From: Bdellovibrionales bacterium
GTDB taxonomy: Bacteria > Bdellovibrionota > Bdellovibrionia > Bdellovibrionales > UBA1609
Reading direction: 5' to 3'
Length of the DNA stretch: 64,000 bases
Assembly: GCA_965116155.1 (NCBI GenBank)
Contig: OZ220488.1
Span: 1,496,318 to 1,560,317, forward strand
Notes under the pieces: model-generated
Databases searched by the model: none
Told to the model about the DNA's origin: nothing
Seen by the model: the letters and a program-made list of their open reading frames with translations, nothing else
Position numbers and translations under genes: made by a program
Shown: positions 61,159-64,000 of the stretch, piece after piece
Layout: each line of letters opens with the position of its first letter
Numbering within the stretch: the stretch's first letter is position 1

Positions 61159-62307
61159 ATGTTTTGGTATAAGCAAGGCCAGCCTCCTGCGCAGGCTCAC
61201 AAGGGTATACCGGACACTATGGTGGAAGAGGAGCAGGGGCTAGAGGGTTTTTACGGCCGCGTGTCGCATTTGATTAAAAAAAATCCACCCACGGGTTGGA
61301 GCAAAATTGAGTGCGAGGCTTCGATTCGGCCGTATATGTTTGACTTAAATGCCTTTGACAAAGGGGCAAGCGCTTGGGGCGAGGGTTCTTTTGTGCTGCG
61401 CAATGCCGATGTGGAGGTGTTTTTTTGGCGCAAGCCCTCCTTTAAAGAGGGCGATGAGTTGGTGCTGGACCGCCATGCTGATGGCGATGTGCTTTTGTTT
61501 TGTCACAAGGGCCAAGGCCTGGTGCTAACCGAGTACGGGTGCTTAAATTTTAAAAAAGGGGTGTATGTTTTGATCCCCAAGGGCTTGCTGTTTAGTGTGT
61601 GGCACGAGGGTGGGGCTGAGGGCAAGGCGGCGGCGGAGTTTTTGGTTGTTAAAAATCTGGGCGCGCACTTTAAGGTGCCAGATAAGGGCCTGGTGGGTCA
61701 GCAGGCTTTGTACGATGTAGGAGCTTTGGAGGCGCCCGATTTAGAAAAGCAGCACAGCTTTTTAAAGCAAAAAAAGTTGCACTCTAGGAAGATTTTTGTT
61801 CGTAAAGATCAGAACACGGCGGTTTTTACTTTTAGCCACAACCTTCTAGACACCGTAGCCTGGAAAGGGGATTTATACCCCTTGGCTTTAGACACCGCAC
61901 GTATTTGCCCTTTAATGAGCCACCGGGTGCATTTGCCGCCCAGTGCGCATACGACCTTTGATGGTGGGCGCGATTTGGTGGTGTGCACTTTTGTGCCGCG
62001 GCCTTTAGAGGAGGACCCAGACGCGCTCAAGGTGCCCTTTTATCATTTAAACATCGATTACGAAGAGGTGATTTTTTATCACGATGGAGATTTTTTCAGC
62101 CGTGACAATCTGCATGCGGGCATGATGTCTTACCACCCTATGGGCTTTACCCATGGTCCACACCCTAAGGCGCGGCGAGCGGTAAAAAACAAGCAAAAAA
62201 CAAACGAGTGGGCGGTTATGCTCGATACCCGTAGGAGTTTAACGATTGGCTCTTGTGCGCATGGGTGCAGAGTTAAGGATTATGAAAAATCTTGGCAAGA
62301 AACATAA
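61159..62307 (+). CDS. hmgA: homogentisate 1,2-dioxygenase (short form, 382 aa)
   Basis: Directly follows hppD. Cupin-type blocks including YHLNIDYEEVIFYHDGDFFSR....G..SYHP.G..HGPHP. Assignment is by motif style plus context. Confidence 0.7.
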   Translation: MFWYKQGQPPAQAHKGIPDTMVEEEQGLEGFYGRVSHLIKKNPPTGWSKIECEASIRPYMFDLNAFDKGASAWGEGSFVLRNADVEVFFWRKPSFKEGDELVLDRHADGDVLLFCHKGQGLVLTEYGCLNFKKGVYVLIPKGLLFSVWHEGGAEGKAAAEFLVVKNLGAHFKVPDKGLVGQQALYDVGALEAPDLEKQHSFLKQKKLHSRKIFVRKDQNTAVFTFSHNLLDTVAWKGDLYPLALDTARICPLMSHRVHLPPSAHTTFDGGRDLVVCTFVPRPLEEDPDALKVPFYHLNIDYEEVIFYHDGDFFSRDNLHAGMMSYHPMGFTHGPHPKARRAVKNKQKTNEWAVMLDTRRSLTIGSCAHGCRVKDYEKSWQET

Positions 62308-62935
62308 CGCCCCTATTAGCTTAGCGCGTGTTGGGTTGGAGTGGGTGGCGGGTTTAGCATGCGTTGTTGCCATGGTGTTTCCTGCCTGGGGTGGGCCAAG
62401 TGCAGGCGCAGCGGATTTGGGTGCTGGGCCTTTAGATGCTGCAATAGGTTCAGAGCGGACCGTGGCGCTGGCGGCGGAGCAGTTGAGAGAGTGCCAAGCA
62501 AAAGCCTCTGACATCGGGAGGATTTTTTTAATCGGCGCCCCTGTGGCGCTTGTGGGTGGGGCGTTGCTGTTCGTGTCGCCCCAGTTTGTGCTTAAAGCCA
62601 CTACAAAAAAAATGCAAGAGCTCCTGAGTGTTGCGGTGGAAGGTGTGGCGCTGATGGGGCTTTTTTCGGGTGTGGTGACGCTGTCGTCGGCTGCGGCTTA
62701 TTTGCTATGGGGGGCAGGGTGTTATTTAAAGGTAAAAAAAATCATCCTAGAGGATGCTAGTGTGGTGGTGGTTTTTGATGATGCTGATGGGTTTAAGGTG
62801 TCGCCCCTTAGGTGCCTTATGGATGAGAGTGGCAATGGTGGCGGATGGGATTTTGCTCTACAGCCTGAGCACTCTGGTGTGTGGTGGGAGCGCATTGTAC
62901 CAGGCACTTGCACAGGGGGTGTATGGAGCAGCTAA
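62282..62935 (+). CDS. hypothetical membrane protein (217 aa)
   Basis: ATG 62282 after aagga. Hydrophobic segments WVAGLACVVAMVFPAW, IFLIGAPVALVGGALLFV, VALMGLFSGVVTL. No family recognised. Confidence 0.45.
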   Translation: MKNLGKKHNAPISLARVGLEWVAGLACVVAMVFPAWGGPSAGAADLGAGPLDAAIGSERTVALAAEQLRECQAKASDIGRIFLIGAPVALVGGALLFVSPQFVLKATTKKMQELLSVAVEGVALMGLFSGVVTLSSAAAYLLWGAGCYLKVKKIILEDASVVVVFDDADGFKVSPLRCLMDESGNGGGWDFALQPEHSGVWWERIVPGTCTGGVWSS

Positions 62936-64000
62936 GCGCCACGTCTAAGGGGGGGTTGTTTAATCCTACGCCAGAGCATGAGATGCTGCGGCAGATGCTG
63001 CAGGAGTTTGTTAAAAACGAGCTAGAGCCTCAGGCGGAGCAGCATGATGCAAAAGAGGTATTTAACCTAGATCTGTTTTTAAAGCTTGGTGATCTGGGGC
63101 TTTTGGGGTTAACGGTGCCTGATCAGTATGGGGGCGCGGGCATGGATGCTGCGGCTAGTGTGCTGGTGCATGAGGAGCTGTCTTATTCGGACCCGGGTTT
63201 TTGTTTGGCGTATTTGGTGCAGAGTGTGCTGGTTAACAATAATTTGTACTTTAGTGCGGGTGAGGATTTGCGGCGTAGGTTTTTGCCGGATTTGTGTAGT
63301 GGTAAAAAGCTGGGCTGCATGGCTATGTCGGAGCCTGGGGTGGGCACGGATGTGCTTGGTATGCAGACCACGGCTAAGCGGTTAGACAGTGGGGATTACA
63401 GCATTAATGGGCGCAAAATGTGGATCACCAATGGGGTTTTGGACGACAAAGGCACTCCTGCGGATGTGGTGTTTTTGTATGCCCGTGGGGATGGGGGGAG
63501 GATTTCGACATTTGTAATAGAGAGGGGCTTTAAGGGCTACGCTGTGGGGCAAAAAATTCGAGGCAAGTTGGGCATGCGGGCTTCTAATACGGCGGAGTTG
63601 GTTTTTGACAACTGCTTGGTGCCGCGTACTCATTTGGTGGGTGAAGAGGGCGCGAGCTTGAAGCATATGATGCAAAATTTAGAAATCGAGCGCCTGGCTT
63701 TGGCAGGGATGTGTTTGGGAATAGGGCGCAGGTGTTTGGATGTTATGAACCGCTATGCGAGTGAGAGGGAGGCTTTTGGCAAAAAAATCCGTTCCTTTGG
63801 GCAGGTGCAAAAGCATATTGCGCAGAGTTTTGCGCAGTGGAGTGCGGCGCGCGCGTATGTGTACTGGGTGGCCAGCGCCTGGCAGCAAGGCGGCGAGGGA
63901 GGGGGCAGTAACATGGGGCGTCTCCATTCGGATGGGGTGAAGCTAGTGGCGGCGCCTATGGCAAAAAACTTAGCAGACCGTGCCATACAGGTTTTGGGGG
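62923..64000 (+). CDS. acyl-CoA dehydrogenase (isovaleryl-CoA dehydrogenase-like), 3'-truncated by the window edge
   Basis: Not in the ORF track because it has no stop. My translation from ATG 62923 is open to 64000: MEQLSATSKGGLFNPTPEHEMLRQMLQEFV...GLTVPDQYGGAGMD...MSEPGVGTDV...MWITNG...GMRASNTAELVFD...ERLALAG. Confidence 0.8.
   Translation, partial: MEQLSATSKGGLFNPTPEHEMLRQMLQEFVKNELEPQAEQHDAKEVFNLDLFLKLGDLGLLGLTVPDQYGGAGMDAAASVLVHEELSYSDPGFCLAYLVQSVLVNNNLYFSAGEDLRRRFLPDLCSGKKLGCMAMSEPGVGTDVLGMQTTAKRLDSGDYSINGRKMWITNGVLDDKGTPADVVFLYARGDGGRISTFVIERGFKGYAVGQKIRGKLGMRASNTAELVFDNCLVPRTHLVGEEGASLKHMMQNLEIERLALAGMCLGIGRRCLDVMNRYASEREAFGKKIRSFGQVQKHIAQSFAQWSAARAYVYWVASAWQQGGEGGGSNMGRLHSDGVKLVAAPMAKNLADRAIQVLG

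Overview
64-kb chromosomal window from a diderm bacterium, about 50% GC by eye; I cannot assign the taxon. The backbone is housekeeping. It holds a mitochondrial-type aconitase-elbB-yfcH operon (-), riboflavin genes (a RibE-RibB fusion and ribH), a proS without the INS editing domain, and a split dcw block (murE-murF, then mraY-murD). It also holds greA, mgtE, ampG, a flavin/2Fe-2S reductase, an LMW-PTP, pyrC, lnt, rpoZ, a monothiol glutaredoxin, an esterase, a HAD-IG 5'-nucleotidase, hppD-hmgA and an acyl-CoA dehydrogenase cut by the window edge. Six accessory features are interleaved: (i) three paralogous ~575-590 aa secreted coiled-coil proteins (family 1) and two paralogous ~710-745 aa lipoproteins (family 2), with near-identical 5' ends; (ii) three ankyrin-repeat secreted or lipoproteins; (iii) a stand-alone 5S rRNA with its own promoter and a stand-alone tRNA-Ile(GAT); (iv) a HEPN/MNT toxin-antitoxin pair and a two-gene DUF3800 islet; (v) a six-gene secretin / CpaF-ATPase / TPR / GspL-M-N-like envelope cluster; (vi) a decayed M3 peptidase. 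The most striking property is the intergenic DNA. Most of the larger intergenic gaps are filled by a mosaic of structured repeat modules. There are at least five families, including 197-bp and 239-bp tandem arrays and MITE-like units with perfect 20-21 bp inverted termini. Stems covary between copies. No transposase, integrase, reverse transcriptase or Cas gene is present in the window. All calls rest on reading the sequence and ORF translations; no searches were run.
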